Source: a virus. From it: a stretch of 64,000 bases of DNA. The stretch lies in IMG/VR virus record IMGVR_UViG_3300045999_011735, positions 1-64,000 of that record. The stretch is one strand, 5' to 3'. Positions 8,809 through 18,796 of the stretch are shown piece by piece (the stretch's first letter is position 1; every line of letters begins with the position of its first letter). Below the pieces are notes generated by a model, which ran no database searches, was not told where the DNA came from, and saw only the letters and a list, made by a program, of their open reading frames with translations. The position numbers were made by a program, and so were the translations under genes.

Positions 8809-10173
8809 TTATTTAATGTTTGCAAGTTTCTGCATACGAGCAATCCATTGGTTGCTCTCAACAATTTGTTGAGATTTTTCTGCAACACCAGCTGCTTTAG
8901 ATGCAAATCCTAAAGATTCTTTGATTTGGGCTTTTTCAGCTTTAACTGCAAATGTTTCGTTTAATGATTCATAAACGAGTTTTGCTTCTTTAGCTGATTC
9001 AGCTTTATCAAAAGCTTGTACAACCTTAATTTTCTGAGACTCTGTTAAGTTTTTAGCTTTGAAGAGCTTATTAACGTAAAGTAATTTAGCGTTTAATAAG
9101 TTTACTTCTTGAAGTTCTTGACGAAGAGTTTGAATAGTAGAAATTGCTTCTTCAAGTTCAGCTTCAGCAATACCAGTAGTTTTACTTGCAACTACAGCAC
9201 CACCTTTGCTTACAATACACTTTTGGAAAGCAGACATACGCTTGTCTGAAAGGAATCCCTGTTTTGGAACTTCTTTCGTAGCTTGTTCTCTACATGCTTT
9301 AACATCATCAGCAGTTAACTTCTTAGATGAAGTGCTGTATGAGCTAGCAACGGCAGAATCGTACTTGTCAGAAAGCCAGTTTGAAGCATCTTTAAAGAAA
9401 TCTTTAAGACCTTCGTCTAAATTTTTCTTTTTGTAATCTTCAACACCTTCTTCTTCAGCAGTGTCTTTTTTGTCGCCACGCTTGTCAGCAGGTACATCGC
9501 CTTTGTTTCCACCATACTTTTTTCTCTCTTCAAGAGAATCTTCTTCACCTAATAACTCAGCTAGAATTTCTTCTAAATTAACTTCATCATCAGTTGTGTC
9601 AGGCAATTCAGCGTCTACATCAACGTCAGCATCAACGTCAACATCTTCGCCATCAGGCCCCATTTCTTGAGAAACTATGTCGCGGATTAGTTCCTCTAAT
9701 TCATCCATAGAAAGTTCAGATACTTCTTTATCTTCCTCTTTTTCTTCTTCTTCATCAGATTCTTCGTCTTCAACGTCTTCTTCAGCTTCGATTTCTTCTT
9801 CTTCTTTAGCTTCTTTAAGATCGTCTTTTTTCTCAGACAATTCTTCATCTAATTCGGCAAGAATTTCATCAAGGTTGATTTCTTCGAGACTATTATCGTC
9901 ATCGTCGAATTTTTCCATATCTGTCATTTCTTCCATTTTTTCTTTGGCCTCTTTAGCTTTAGCTTCTTCAACTGCATCTGCATCATCCATCATCTCTTCC
10001 ATTGGCTTTTTTTCTTCGTCTTCATCCATAGCTTCTGCTAATTTAGCAGCAAACATAGATTGTAAACGTGGAGTAAAAGCCTCTTCGAGAGCAAGTTTGG
10101 CTTGAGCAAGAGCAGTTTCGCGTACAGCTTTAGCGTCAGCAATGGCCTCCTTTAAAAGGTCTTTTGTGTTCAT
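8809..10173 (-). CDS. Prohead core/scaffold protein (gp22-like)
   Basis: 454 aa acidic coiled coil immediately upstream of the MCP, with many (L/I)-x-E sites. Confidence 0.8.
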   Translation of the reverse strand: MNTKDLLKEAIADAKAVRETALAQAKLALEEAFTPRLQSMFAAKLAEAMDEDEEKKPMEEMMDDADAVEEAKAKEAKEKMEEMTDMEKFDDDDNSLEEINLDEILAELDEELSEKKDDLKEAKEEEEIEAEEDVEDEESDEEEEKEEDKEVSELSMDELEELIRDIVSQEMGPDGEDVDVDADVDVDAELPDTTDDEVNLEEILAELLGEEDSLEERKKYGGNKGDVPADKRGDKKDTAEEEGVEDYKKKNLDEGLKDFFKDASNWLSDKYDSAVASSYSTSSKKLTADDVKACREQATKEVPKQGFLSDKRMSAFQKCIVSKGGAVVASKTTGIAEAELEEAISTIQTLRQELQEVNLLNAKLLYVNKLFKAKNLTESQKIKVVQAFDKAESAKEAKLVYESLNETFAVKAEKAQIKESLGFASKAAGVAEKSQQIVESNQWIARMQKLANIK

Positions 10174-10179
10174 TTTTCC

Positions 10180-10280
10180 TTAAATTTAAATTTCGGAAGT
10201 AAGCTTATTGTAGAAAAGCTTAATGGGGGTTAATTATTCGTGACGGAGCTATAAAATAGAGTGGGATAGCTCATTAGTCG
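10180..10280 (-). promoter_or_regulatory. Structured 5' leader of scaffold-MCP operon
   Basis: Hairpins GAGCTAT/ATAGCTC and TAAGCTT/AAGCTTA lie between the late promoter (10284-10291) and the ATG at 10173. Confidence 0.45.
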
Positions 10281-10303
10281 TACATAAATATATGTAGAGA
10301 TAC

Positions 10304-10327
10304 AAAAACCACATCTTTGATGTGGTT
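10304..10327 (-). terminator. Rho-independent terminator
   Basis: AACCACATC/GATGTGGTT stem followed by Ts on the minus strand. Confidence 0.7.
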
Positions 10328-10337
10328 CTTTTTATTT

Positions 10338-10466
10338 TTATCGTCCTTGTCCTCGGTATGCAGAAACCTTTTTATCTTTTGGGCCACGAGATTTAGCTGC
10401 TTTGCCTCCTTTACGTTTTCCAAATGTAACTTTTCTGGAATCACCTTTTGATGAACCTTTTGCCAT
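10338..10466 (-). CDS. Small very basic protein (YRGQG-type)
   Basis: Not in the track. 42 aa MAKGSSKGDSRKVTFGKRKGGKAAKSRGPKDKKVSAYRGQGR, between the ferritin-like gene and a terminator. Confidence 0.75.
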   Translation of the reverse strand: MAKGSSKGDSRKVTFGKRKGGKAAKSRGPKDKKVSAYRGQGR

Positions 10467-10475
10467 GACTTTTAA

Positions 10476-10847
10476 TTATTGTAAATTAACCAATTTATAT
10501 TTTGTAGAATAAAGTAGATTTACTACGTTATCTATTTCATTTTGAATAAAACTATCAGATAAGTTTGGTGCTTGTCTTAAAGTGCACACAATAGAAATTA
10601 ATTTTTCAAAATATTTTACAATATTTGATACATCACAATTGTTATCTAAACCAGCTACTGGTCTAAATTGGATTAAACCATATTTTCCTTGGTAGGATTC
10701 AACTAATCCATCAATTAAATCAACTATTTCATCATAATATTTGTTTAATGCTTTATGAGCAGAATAGGCACCCGGACCATTTACACCTAAGTGGAAAACG
10801 TGTGCTTGAGTTCTTGAATGCATTAAAATTGATGCTAATTCTTCCAT
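10476..10847 (-). CDS. Ferritin/Dps-like four-helix protein (DUF5856-like)
   Basis: QAHVFH...AHKALNKYYDEIVDLIDGLVESYQGKYG...TKYKL pattern. Confidence 0.7.
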   Translation of the reverse strand: MEELASILMHSRTQAHVFHLGVNGPGAYSAHKALNKYYDEIVDLIDGLVESYQGKYGLIQFRPVAGLDNNCDVSNIVKYFEKLISIVCTLRQAPNLSDSFIQNEIDNVVNLLYSTKYKLVNLQ

Positions 10848-10859
10848 TGTTGTGTTGTT

Positions 10860-11501
10860 TTAATAGCCAGGTAATTCACAAGTACAGAAACCAGCGCGAT
10901 TGCAAAGAATTTCTGTTACAAGTTCGTTAACTTTGTCTAATTTATATTGTTGTTCTTTAGTATATTGATTGTATTGTTTAGATTCGCTAACAATTTCCAT
11001 AAAAGCACCTTGTGTTGATGGAGTTGACACGAAATCCCAACAAAGTAATTCAAAATCTGGTTGTACTTCAACAGTTTCACCAATTTGTTTTACAGAGCCC
11101 ATACCACGTGATGAAATACCTACAGTAATACCAGCAACTAATAATGCTTTTAAAATATTTCCTGAAGGTGTAGGTAAAATTTCAATTTTTCCCATTACAT
11201 CATCACCATCCCACCATAAAGATTTGATATTATGGCATACATTTTTTAAGTTAATAATTGGAGATTCTGGATGGTCCAACTCTCCCAATGCTCTATTTTC
11301 TTTAATGTATGTGTCTTTGTATTTTTGTACTTCTCTTTCAAGAGTATCTTTAGGGTATACACGACCATTGCCGTTTTTTGCTTCAGCACGTTGTACTAAA
11401 CCTTGAACAATAAGACGTCCACCGTTATTTTTAACGGATTCCTCCAATAAAGTTGGAGTAATATTAAAATTAGTAATACGTTCTATTAATAGCTCTTTCA
11501 T
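10860..11501 (-). CDS. gp21: Prohead core protein protease, T4 gp21-like
   Basis: NGNGRVYP, ALGELDHP, GISSRGMGS and DFVSTPS motifs. Confidence 0.93.
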   Translation of the reverse strand: MKELLIERITNFNITPTLLEESVKNNGGRLIVQGLVQRAEAKNGNGRVYPKDTLEREVQKYKDTYIKENRALGELDHPESPIINLKNVCHNIKSLWWDGDDVMGKIEILPTPSGNILKALLVAGITVGISSRGMGSVKQIGETVEVQPDFELLCWDFVSTPSTQGAFMEIVSESKQYNQYTKEQQYKLDKVNELVTEILCNRAGFCTCELPGY

Positions 11502-12628
11502 TATTTAATATTATATCCTTGTTTTTTTAATTCAGCTACAGCACCATCAATAATAGCTTCAAATTGATCATCGCTATAACGATGTCCTATTTTATCTTGA
11601 AAATTATTTAATTCATCTTCTATGTCTTTGGCATTAAATTCTAAATTAAGATCATTAGATTCAATGTCATTAATTATAGCTTTTACAATCATGTCTATAA
11701 CACCTGGTACAGATGGAGCTTCATCACTTTCATCTCCTTCTTCATATTCATTTATGAAATCATGAAGCATTTCTTTAATTTTATCTTTCAATTTGTTAGC
11801 AGATTCACCAGGAGCACTAGCACCTGCAGAGCGAAATTGGCCTAAAAAATCTTTAATTTTATCTTGTGCTTGAGGAGACATTTTTACACTAGTTCCAGGA
11901 ACTAATGATGGAGATTTATCTTTTTTTTTGTCGTCTTCAGTTTCTTTTAATGGCTTTCCTAATACTAAAGCATCTAATTCAGAATAGTCACCAGTTGACA
12001 TTCCTTTTTTTGCAGCAGATTTGATACTACTAGCACTACCCGCTTCAAATATAGGAGCTGTAAATAAAGCTACAGCTATATCTTGCTCAGAAACACCTAA
12101 TGCTTTAGCAACATCAGAAAATGTAGTTTGGGGATTTTTCCCAAACATTTCGTTGTATTTGTCTTGAATTTGTTTAGGAGTAACGTTAGCTTCAGTTAAG
12201 TTTTTTTTTGACTCTTTAACGATACGAACTTTCTTCATCTCGTTTTTAGTGTCATTAGGTTTGATTGGTTCTAAACCATCAGGCCTATTTTTACTCTTAA
12301 TTGGCTTACTAACTTCCTCTTTAGGAATATCTGTTACAGTAGTAGCAGGATAAATACCATCTTGTTCATCAACTTCTGGCTCTTGTACAACTTTCTTGTA
12401 CTTAGCTGGTTGTGTTGGGTAGTCATATGATGGAGCTTTATCAGGAGTACCCTTTACAGCATCACCTTCGTTTAGTAATCCTTTATTTTTAAGGATTTTA
12501 ACGGAGTCATCAAATGAATTATGGTTAGTTACAAAGTTAGGGAACATCATTCTTGCATTGCGCAAAAATTGATGTCTATTTATTTTACCCTCTTTTAATT
12601 CTTGGTATTGTACGCTAATACTTTTCAT
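11501..12628 (-). CDS. Hypothetical modular protein (putative internal head protein, HTH-like module)
   Basis: 375 aa; modules separated by LNE, VKE, LTE, LKE and INE; segment FSDVAKALGVSEQDI is HTH-like. Confidence 0.55.
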   Translation of the reverse strand: MKSISVQYQELKEGKINRHQFLRNARMMFPNFVTNHNSFDDSVKILKNKGLLNEGDAVKGTPDKAPSYDYPTQPAKYKKVVQEPEVDEQDGIYPATTVTDIPKEEVSKPIKSKNRPDGLEPIKPNDTKNEMKKVRIVKESKKNLTEANVTPKQIQDKYNEMFGKNPQTTFSDVAKALGVSEQDIAVALFTAPIFEAGSASSIKSAAKKGMSTGDYSELDALVLGKPLKETEDDKKKDKSPSLVPGTSVKMSPQAQDKIKDFLGQFRSAGASAPGESANKLKDKIKEMLHDFINEYEEGDESDEAPSVPGVIDMIVKAIINDIESNDLNLEFNAKDIEDELNNFQDKIGHRYSDDQFEAIIDGAVAELKKQGYNIK

Positions 12629-13128
12629 TATTCTTCGGTTTTTTCTTCTTTACCAACTAATTTTTCCAAAATGTCAGCTAAATCTTCTCTCATTTTGTCA
12701 GTAGGGAATACAGTAGCGTATGATTTTGGGTTTTTCTTATAAAATTGTTCGGTTTGCTTTTTAGCTTTTGGTAAAGCTGCTTTAATTTTTGCAGCCATAT
12801 CCATAAGTTCTTCAAAAGCAGCAATTCTTTTTTCTTGAAGTTTTTCTCTTTCTTCAACTTTTTTAGAATCTTCTTCTTTTTCTTCAGCTAAAGATGCTAA
12901 AATATCTTCAAGTTGTAAAGATTCAGCTTCAGTTTTTAACATTCTTTCGTACGTCATTTTCATTTCACGATATCCCTTCATTAACTCAGCAATATCAGTT
13001 TTATGAGCACTAGCTACGCTATCGTCAGAGTTTTTAGCTTCAGATACACGATACTTGATTTCATCACCAAGTTCGTCAAGTTTTCTCTTAAGCTCTTCTT
13101 TACTTAATACTCTTTTATCGTCTTTCAT
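12628..13128 (-). CDS. Hypothetical coiled-coil protein
   Basis: 166-aa ORF, translationally coupled to its neighbour. Confidence 0.6.
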   Translation of the reverse strand: MKDDKRVLSKEELKRKLDELGDEIKYRVSEAKNSDDSVASAHKTDIAELMKGYREMKMTYERMLKTEAESLQLEDILASLAEEKEEDSKKVEEREKLQEKRIAAFEELMDMAAKIKAALPKAKKQTEQFYKKNPKSYATVFPTDKMREDLADILEKLVGKEEKTEE

Positions 13129-13141
13129 ATAATTATTTTAA

Positions 13142-13513
13142 TTAAATATTATACCAAATAGCAACCATTTTTTTACCTGCTAAATTAAAAAATTCAGGAT
13201 CATTTTCTTCCTCATAAAAGCTAGGATCTTTGTCTACATCTTCAGCAAATCTAAAAGATACACCTATTTCTTTGTCTGGTGTTGCATCAAAATTTCCATC
13301 CTCTGTAAATCCTTGAACACTATTAACTAAATTTTTTCTTTTTTCAGCTTCCTCTGGTTTTAATCCATCAAATACTAAGTGATTAATCATGTATTTTTTA
13401 ACTTCATCTATATTGCTATTCAAAAAATTAATTACCGGTTGACCAGTTTCTTCTTTTAAAATACCAGCTAATTGCTGCATTCTTTTAGCTTCTTTAATTA
13501 ATTGTTTTTTCAT
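13142..13513 (-). CDS. Putative internal head protein with RMQxLA leader
   Basis: N-terminus MKKQLIKEAKRMQQLAGILKE. Confidence 0.6.
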   Translation of the reverse strand: MKKQLIKEAKRMQQLAGILKEETGQPVINFLNSNIDEVKKYMINHLVFDGLKPEEAEKRKNLVNSVQGFTEDGNFDATPDKEIGVSFRFAEDVDKDPSFYEEENDPEFFNLAGKKMVAIWYNI

Positions 13514-13527
13514 TGTGATTTATTTTT

Positions 13528-14100
13528 TTATTGTGATAAGTTTCTGATTTTGTTTGATAATGAGTTTAATCTTTCAGATAAAGCACTTAATTGGTTTGTT
13601 TTAGATACCCAAAATGATTCGTTTTTTACAACGTTTTCAGTTTTTAATCTATTTGAATATTCAATTACTTGCTCAATTTCTCTAATGCGTTTTGCTACTT
13701 CTTGTAATGCACGAGCAATTTTTCTTTCAGTTGTAACTTTAGAAACATTTTCGCTAAAACGACGATATGAAATCTCGTTTATTTGTTCTTGATCTTCTTT
13801 ATACAACTTGAATGTTTTTGGTTTTGGTGTTGAAGGAAATTGCTTATAATCAAACATTTTAGAATCTGATGGCATTCCTTCTTTAGCTGGTGTGAAACCA
13901 TCTTTGGTATATGTACTAATATTGGCTTTTCCTGCAGCTAATGTTGGTGTTTTACCTTCTGATTTTTCTCGTTTTTTAAGAAAATACTTACCAGTGTATT
14001 CACCACCAGCGCTAGCAGTAGTAGATGTAGCACCATCCATTTCCTCTAAATTCTGCTTAATTAACTCGTCAATATATTTTTTTAATGCTTCAGGTATCAT
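13528..14100 (-). CDS. Hypothetical protein (putative head-associated)
   Basis: 190 aa; leader ALKKYIDELIKQNLEE; C-terminal coiled coil. Confidence 0.6.
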   Translation of the reverse strand: MIPEALKKYIDELIKQNLEEMDGATSTTASAGGEYTGKYFLKKREKSEGKTPTLAAGKANISTYTKDGFTPAKEGMPSDSKMFDYKQFPSTPKPKTFKLYKEDQEQINEISYRRFSENVSKVTTERKIARALQEVAKRIREIEQVIEYSNRLKTENVVKNESFWVSKTNQLSALSERLNSLSNKIRNLSQ

Positions 14101-14948
14101 AGTGATTTAATTTCATGAATTAGTTCATGGAATTGAAGTAAATTTAAAATATCTTCATCTTTAACTGATTCATTTTTGTCAATTGGCTTAATAATTGATT
14201 GTAATTCTTTAAGCTTAATTTGAGTTCTTTGATCAACTACTTTATCAGTCAATTCAGTTAATGTATTTTTAATATTTGCAAAGCTTTCATTTACGTAATC
14301 ACGTAAAGATACAGTATTAGAAATCTTATTAATGTAGATTTTTAATACATCACGCTGTTCAGGCAATAAATTTGCGTATTTTTCGTTAAATTTCTCAATC
14401 ATTATTTTAGAAATCAACGCACGCGTATTTTTGTCTTGAGAAGCATATTCAGTCATTACTTGATCTTCAACTTTATTTTTGTCTACGTTTTGTTTTGTCA
14501 AAAACTCAAGTAAAGTTATTTTATTTTCAATAACAAATGTAGGTTCTATAAATTCAGTTGATAATTGTGCCTCGATCAAGTTATAAACCGCAGCGTATGC
14601 TTTATAATTATGTATTTTTGCTTTGAAAAATTCTTCTAAATCGTAATGTTTCTTAATCTCTTTAATTAAGTTGTACTTTTCTTTGCGCAATGATGTACGA
14701 TTCAAACGTTCAGACAACTTAATAGTAGAACTAAGTATAGTTTCAGCTTTAATTTCACTTAAAGCATTAGCTTTAGTTAAAGCTTGATACAACTTATATT
14801 CTTTAGCAAGTTCTCCACGCGAAAAATAACTTTTTACGATATCAACAGCGGATGACTCTTTGTTAGACATGATGTCAGCTGTGATTTGCCTGGTAAGAAG
14901 TTCAAATAAAATACCAGTATTTTTAAATTTGTTATGCTTTAGTTTCAC
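14097..14948 (-). CDS. Hypothetical helical protein in head module
   Basis: 283 aa, GTG start, immediately downstream of the portal gene, with its own late promoter. Confidence 0.65.
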   Translation of the reverse strand: MKLKHNKFKNTGILFELLTRQITADIMSNKESSAVDIVKSYFSRGELAKEYKLYQALTKANALSEIKAETILSSTIKLSERLNRTSLRKEKYNLIKEIKKHYDLEEFFKAKIHNYKAYAAVYNLIEAQLSTEFIEPTFVIENKITLLEFLTKQNVDKNKVEDQVMTEYASQDKNTRALISKIMIEKFNEKYANLLPEQRDVLKIYINKISNTVSLRDYVNESFANIKNTLTELTDKVVDQRTQIKLKELQSIIKPIDKNESVKDEDILNLLQFHELIHEIKSL

Positions 14949-14983
14949 ACTATAGATTTAACTAATTATAAATATGTATTTTA

Positions 14984-16846
14984 TTATATATCTTTAATAT
15001 TTGATTCGTCGAGCAATGAATCTCCATTATCTTTTGCATTAAATACATTGGATTTTTTAAACATTTCTTGCAACATTTGCTTATTTTGCTCATATATTGC
15101 TCTAGTTCCCTCAAGTGCTAACGGAGAACCACCTTTTGGTTCAGGAGCTTTACCTTTATCTGGTTGTAAATCATATCCTTTTCCAAGTGGATCTTTACCA
15201 AGTATACGTTTTTGTGTATTGTATACTGATGTTTTTACTTGTGGTCTTCCAACAGGATTAGTTTCATCATATTCTGGTGGTACACCGGTTCCGTTACGTC
15301 CTTTGCCATAAAGCGAAGCTAAATCATGTGGTGTTCCATATGACTGACCACTTGCAACTGGATCGTTACCTTCATTTTCAATCTGAGATAAACGGAACAT
15401 GCGTTTTTTATCTTCAACAATTTGATCACGTAAGTCACTGTATTTGTCTTCGCTCATATGGAATAAGTAATCATAAACATAGTCTGATGGGAATAGACTA
15501 GCATCCATAATATTTTTAGCTAAATCAACTTTTTCCTTCATTAATGCTACACGTTCTTGGTCGTATACAATTGATGGTGTTGTTAATTCAAGCTCAAAAT
15601 TCGTTAAATTTTCATCAGTATAACCTTGCGCATATAAGTGTACTAAGGCTATTTTAGTTAATTCACTCACAACTATGCGCTGTATACGCTCAATTGTACG
15701 AGCGAAACGAATATCTTGTTGTGCTAATGTAGATTTACCTTCAACGTCAGCTTCGTATCCCAAGAATGCCTTAGGAACTTTCATAGCAGCTAACATTTTA
15801 TCTCTTAAGTATACTACGTCTTCAATTGCATTATACTCAAGACCAGGTAATGTATCAATTTTAGTACTTGTATTTCCACCTCTTACAGGTACATAGAAGT
15901 CTTCATTTACGTTCATCATGTTGTAACGTAAATTATATTCACCTGTTTTTGGATCAACAAATGGAGTACGTTGTGTTTGTGTTTTAAGTTTTTCCATGTA
16001 TGTTGGGATTTCATTCGGTGGAATGTTACCCATATCAACATAGTAAACACGACGTTGAGGTGCTCTTAAAATACGGTGAATCAACATTGCATCTTCCATC
16101 AATGCTAATTGCTTAAATATCTTACGAGCAGGTTCAATATATGAACGACCATAAGGAAGAAAGTTATAGTCACCTAATAGTCTAAAGTTTGCCATTTCAT
16201 AGTTTTCAAACTTAATACTATCATTATCTACTCCTGATACCATACCGGTATATGAAGCATTTGGTGCTATTCTAAATTGTACGTAAGCTGGATTTTTAGG
16301 GTCAAGTCCTTCTTCTCTAATAACATTATAAACATTAAGAGGAATTACTTGATATACACCATATTTTTCTGAAATATGGAGGTGTAAATAGAAATCACCA
16401 TACTTACACATTGAACGAACCCAACCCCATAAATTAAATTCAATATTTAATATATCATAGAATAAATTATATAATATTCTTTGAATGTTTTCGTCAGGTG
16501 ATTTGATAGCTAACACTTCACCTGCACCATTTTTAAGTGTAGATTCATCAGCTACAATATCTAATACAGATGCTACAATTGGATCACCATCCATTACTTC
16601 ATAGTCGTTATACAACTGCGGTCTTATAACGGTGTAGTTAGAATAAGGAGCATTACCAACATAGGTACCTAAACCACCAGTGTATATACGCTGGTATCTT
16701 TCAGGGTACATATTGGTTTGTACAACTCCTGTTGATTGTATATGGTCAGTATCGATTACTGCTACCTGATTTCCACCAACATTGCGGATAATAACATCAG
16801 TTGAAAATAATCTTTTTAACCTACCAAATAAAGATGTGTCTATCAT
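14984..16846 (-). CDS. gp20: Portal protein, T4 gp20-like
   Basis: LMEDAMLIHRILRAPQRRVYYVDMGN, EDFYVPVRG, TKIDTLPG and AMKVPKAFL motifs. Start re-assigned to ATG 16846. Confidence 0.93.
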   Translation of the reverse strand: MIDTSLFGRLKRLFSTDVIIRNVGGNQVAVIDTDHIQSTGVVQTNMYPERYQRIYTGGLGTYVGNAPYSNYTVIRPQLYNDYEVMDGDPIVASVLDIVADESTLKNGAGEVLAIKSPDENIQRILYNLFYDILNIEFNLWGWVRSMCKYGDFYLHLHISEKYGVYQVIPLNVYNVIREEGLDPKNPAYVQFRIAPNASYTGMVSGVDNDSIKFENYEMANFRLLGDYNFLPYGRSYIEPARKIFKQLALMEDAMLIHRILRAPQRRVYYVDMGNIPPNEIPTYMEKLKTQTQRTPFVDPKTGEYNLRYNMMNVNEDFYVPVRGGNTSTKIDTLPGLEYNAIEDVVYLRDKMLAAMKVPKAFLGYEADVEGKSTLAQQDIRFARTIERIQRIVVSELTKIALVHLYAQGYTDENLTNFELELTTPSIVYDQERVALMKEKVDLAKNIMDASLFPSDYVYDYLFHMSEDKYSDLRDQIVEDKKRMFRLSQIENEGNDPVASGQSYGTPHDLASLYGKGRNGTGVPPEYDETNPVGRPQVKTSVYNTQKRILGKDPLGKGYDLQPDKGKAPEPKGGSPLALEGTRAIYEQNKQMLQEMFKKSNVFNAKDNGDSLLDESNIKDI

Positions 16847-16860
16847 GTGTATAAATATTT

Positions 16861-18438
16861 TTACCTTATTAACCAAGTAATATCTTCATTACCATATTCT
16901 GTGGGCATTTGCCAAGGATTATTAGGACCATTGCCTCTAGCAGCATATGGATTCATAAAGCCTCGTTCTACTGAAAATCCAGTTAGTGAGGCTCTATCCT
17001 GCTCCATATTGTGCTTTCTAAATCTTAATGCAGTATCACGCAAGTAAAGACCCATACTAAATGACATTACTAAGTCGTCATTATATCCATCTTGAGCTTG
17101 TGCTTTACTATTTTTCCAAATAAAAACCTTCATTTCTTCTATTAATCGTTTTGAGCGTATAGTACACGATTTTTCATGTGTATACTCTCTAAATTTTTCA
17201 ATCATTAATGGTCTAGTTTTTACAGACGTTGTAAAACCAGCTATTAAATTATTATTTCCATCCATTCTTCTAGCCCATTGATCAGAGGTTAAAGCATCTT
17301 GTTTTGGAGAATAATACAAATTCGCATATCCCCTATCAATTGCTGTTTGTACTGTATCCCAACCTACGTTAGCGTTTTCTATTGATAATAGAGCATCATT
17401 ATATTCTGATGCTATTCCTACTAACATATGTCCGTAATCACGAGTACCAATTTGTCCTCTATATTCTGCTACTTGTGTTGCTGTTTCAATATCAAACACA
17501 TGACACGCAGAATAGTCTTTACCATCTCCTCTTGCTACGTCAGCTACTACTAAATAACTTTTACTATAGTTTGGTTGTTCCCAAATCCACAAGTTACCAT
17601 CTACTCCTCTTTTTTCAACTGGTTCTATTAAATTAGCTTCAAACCAACCTATAGTATCAGGTTCAAATACTGTATCACCTGAGGTTGCAAAATCGCAATC
17701 ACATTCTTGTGCTGCCATTCTTAAACCTAAATCACTGTCCTGTCTAATTCTCCACTCCTGATTTCTTTCAGGGTGTACACTCCAAGGCAAACGAATAGGA
17801 ACAAATGAATTGTCTCCAATTTCTGATTTTTGCCATGTTTGGTGGAACCAATTACCAGTACCATTAGGAGTAGATAATGCTATACATCCACCACCCGTAG
17901 CTAACGTTTGTTGAGCAGAAGCAAATATCTCTTCAATGTTTTCAATGAACGCGGCCTCGTCTATTATTAGTAAAGATACAGCTTCAGATCTACCAGCATC
18001 ACCAGCAGCAGAAACAGCTTTTACTTGAGAGCCATTTGCCAATTTAAGTAAGAGTTTGTTGTTCTCCAAAGGTTTCTCAGCTCCCTTTAACCATGAAGGT
18101 AAGTTATCATACATAAATCTTACCTTAGTAACCATGTTTTTGGCAGTATCTTGTTTAGTTGCTATACACAACACGTTTTTGTCTTTATGGAACAACATCA
18201 TCCATAAAGAGAAACCAGCTACAAGAGTAGAGATACCTAACTGACGAGATTTAAGTACTATATTATAATTATTTTTCTGGAATTGGTATAGTACTTTTTC
18301 TTGGAAAGGATATAAATGGAATTGTATGCGACCCCTAGTTGGGTGTTGGATCATACAATATTTTTTCATAAAGTGGGCAGGATCGGTCATGCACTTTACA
18401 TACTCCTGCTTAATTATGTCTTTAATATTTTCGCTCAT
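16861..18438 (-). CDS. terL: Terminase large subunit, T4 gp17-like
   Basis: LKSRQLGIST (Walker A-like), LLIIDEAAFI (Walker B), LSTPNG, nuclease motifs ADVARGDGKDYS and NDDLVMS. Confidence 0.95.
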   Translation of the reverse strand: MSENIKDIIKQEYVKCMTDPAHFMKKYCMIQHPTRGRIQFHLYPFQEKVLYQFQKNNYNIVLKSRQLGISTLVAGFSLWMMLFHKDKNVLCIATKQDTAKNMVTKVRFMYDNLPSWLKGAEKPLENNKLLLKLANGSQVKAVSAAGDAGRSEAVSLLIIDEAAFIENIEEIFASAQQTLATGGGCIALSTPNGTGNWFHQTWQKSEIGDNSFVPIRLPWSVHPERNQEWRIRQDSDLGLRMAAQECDCDFATSGDTVFEPDTIGWFEANLIEPVEKRGVDGNLWIWEQPNYSKSYLVVADVARGDGKDYSACHVFDIETATQVAEYRGQIGTRDYGHMLVGIASEYNDALLSIENANVGWDTVQTAIDRGYANLYYSPKQDALTSDQWARRMDGNNNLIAGFTTSVKTRPLMIEKFREYTHEKSCTIRSKRLIEEMKVFIWKNSKAQAQDGYNDDLVMSFSMGLYLRDTALRFRKHNMEQDRASLTGFSVERGFMNPYAARGNGPNNPWQMPTEYGNEDITWLIR

Positions 18439-18680
18439 TAACCGTTAAATTTGATTCTTGAATATCTCGACAATAATATATAGGATAACCAAAAACAACC
18501 TGAAATGGAATAAAAGACGGCGTCCGCGGCCCAATAAGATCCAGTCAGGTCCATAATCAGCTTGAATAGGGCGTCGTAGCCAAGCGGCAGGAAGAACATA
18601 GCTAACATCAATGATAAGTTTTTGTATAGCTCTATTCGCTTCTTTTTTGATTGTTTTAAATATTTTATTTTTCGAATCAC
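18438..18680 (-). CDS. Small two-TM membrane protein (overlapped by a second open frame 18445..18690)
   Basis: Two hydrophobic segments; its stop overlaps the terL ATG (TAATG). Confidence 0.55.
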   Translation of the reverse strand: MIRKIKYLKQSKKKRIELYKNLSLMLAMFFLPLGYDALFKLIMDLTGSYWAADAVFYSISGCFWLSYILLSRYSRIKFNG

Positions 18681-18744
18681 CGTCGTCCATATATTTTTAG
18701 GTTAGTTAAACAATTTATAACCTGTTATATATAAATATATAATT

Positions 18745-18773
18745 AGAAAGAAAGCTCGCATTATAGCGAGCTT
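18745..18773 (-). terminator. Rho-independent terminator
   Basis: AAGCTCGC/GCGAGCTT stem with a T-rich tail. Confidence 0.65.
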
Positions 18774-18796
18774 AACTTAATTTATAACATCATATA

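Noticed and set aside
8784-8906. Track's N-terminal extensions (MCP to 8906, portal to 16876, 30565 gene to 31878, OMP to 32431, 59210 gene to 59530)
   Set aside because: Most extensions overlap upstream genes, promoters or terminators, and the downstream ATGs have the typical A-rich context.
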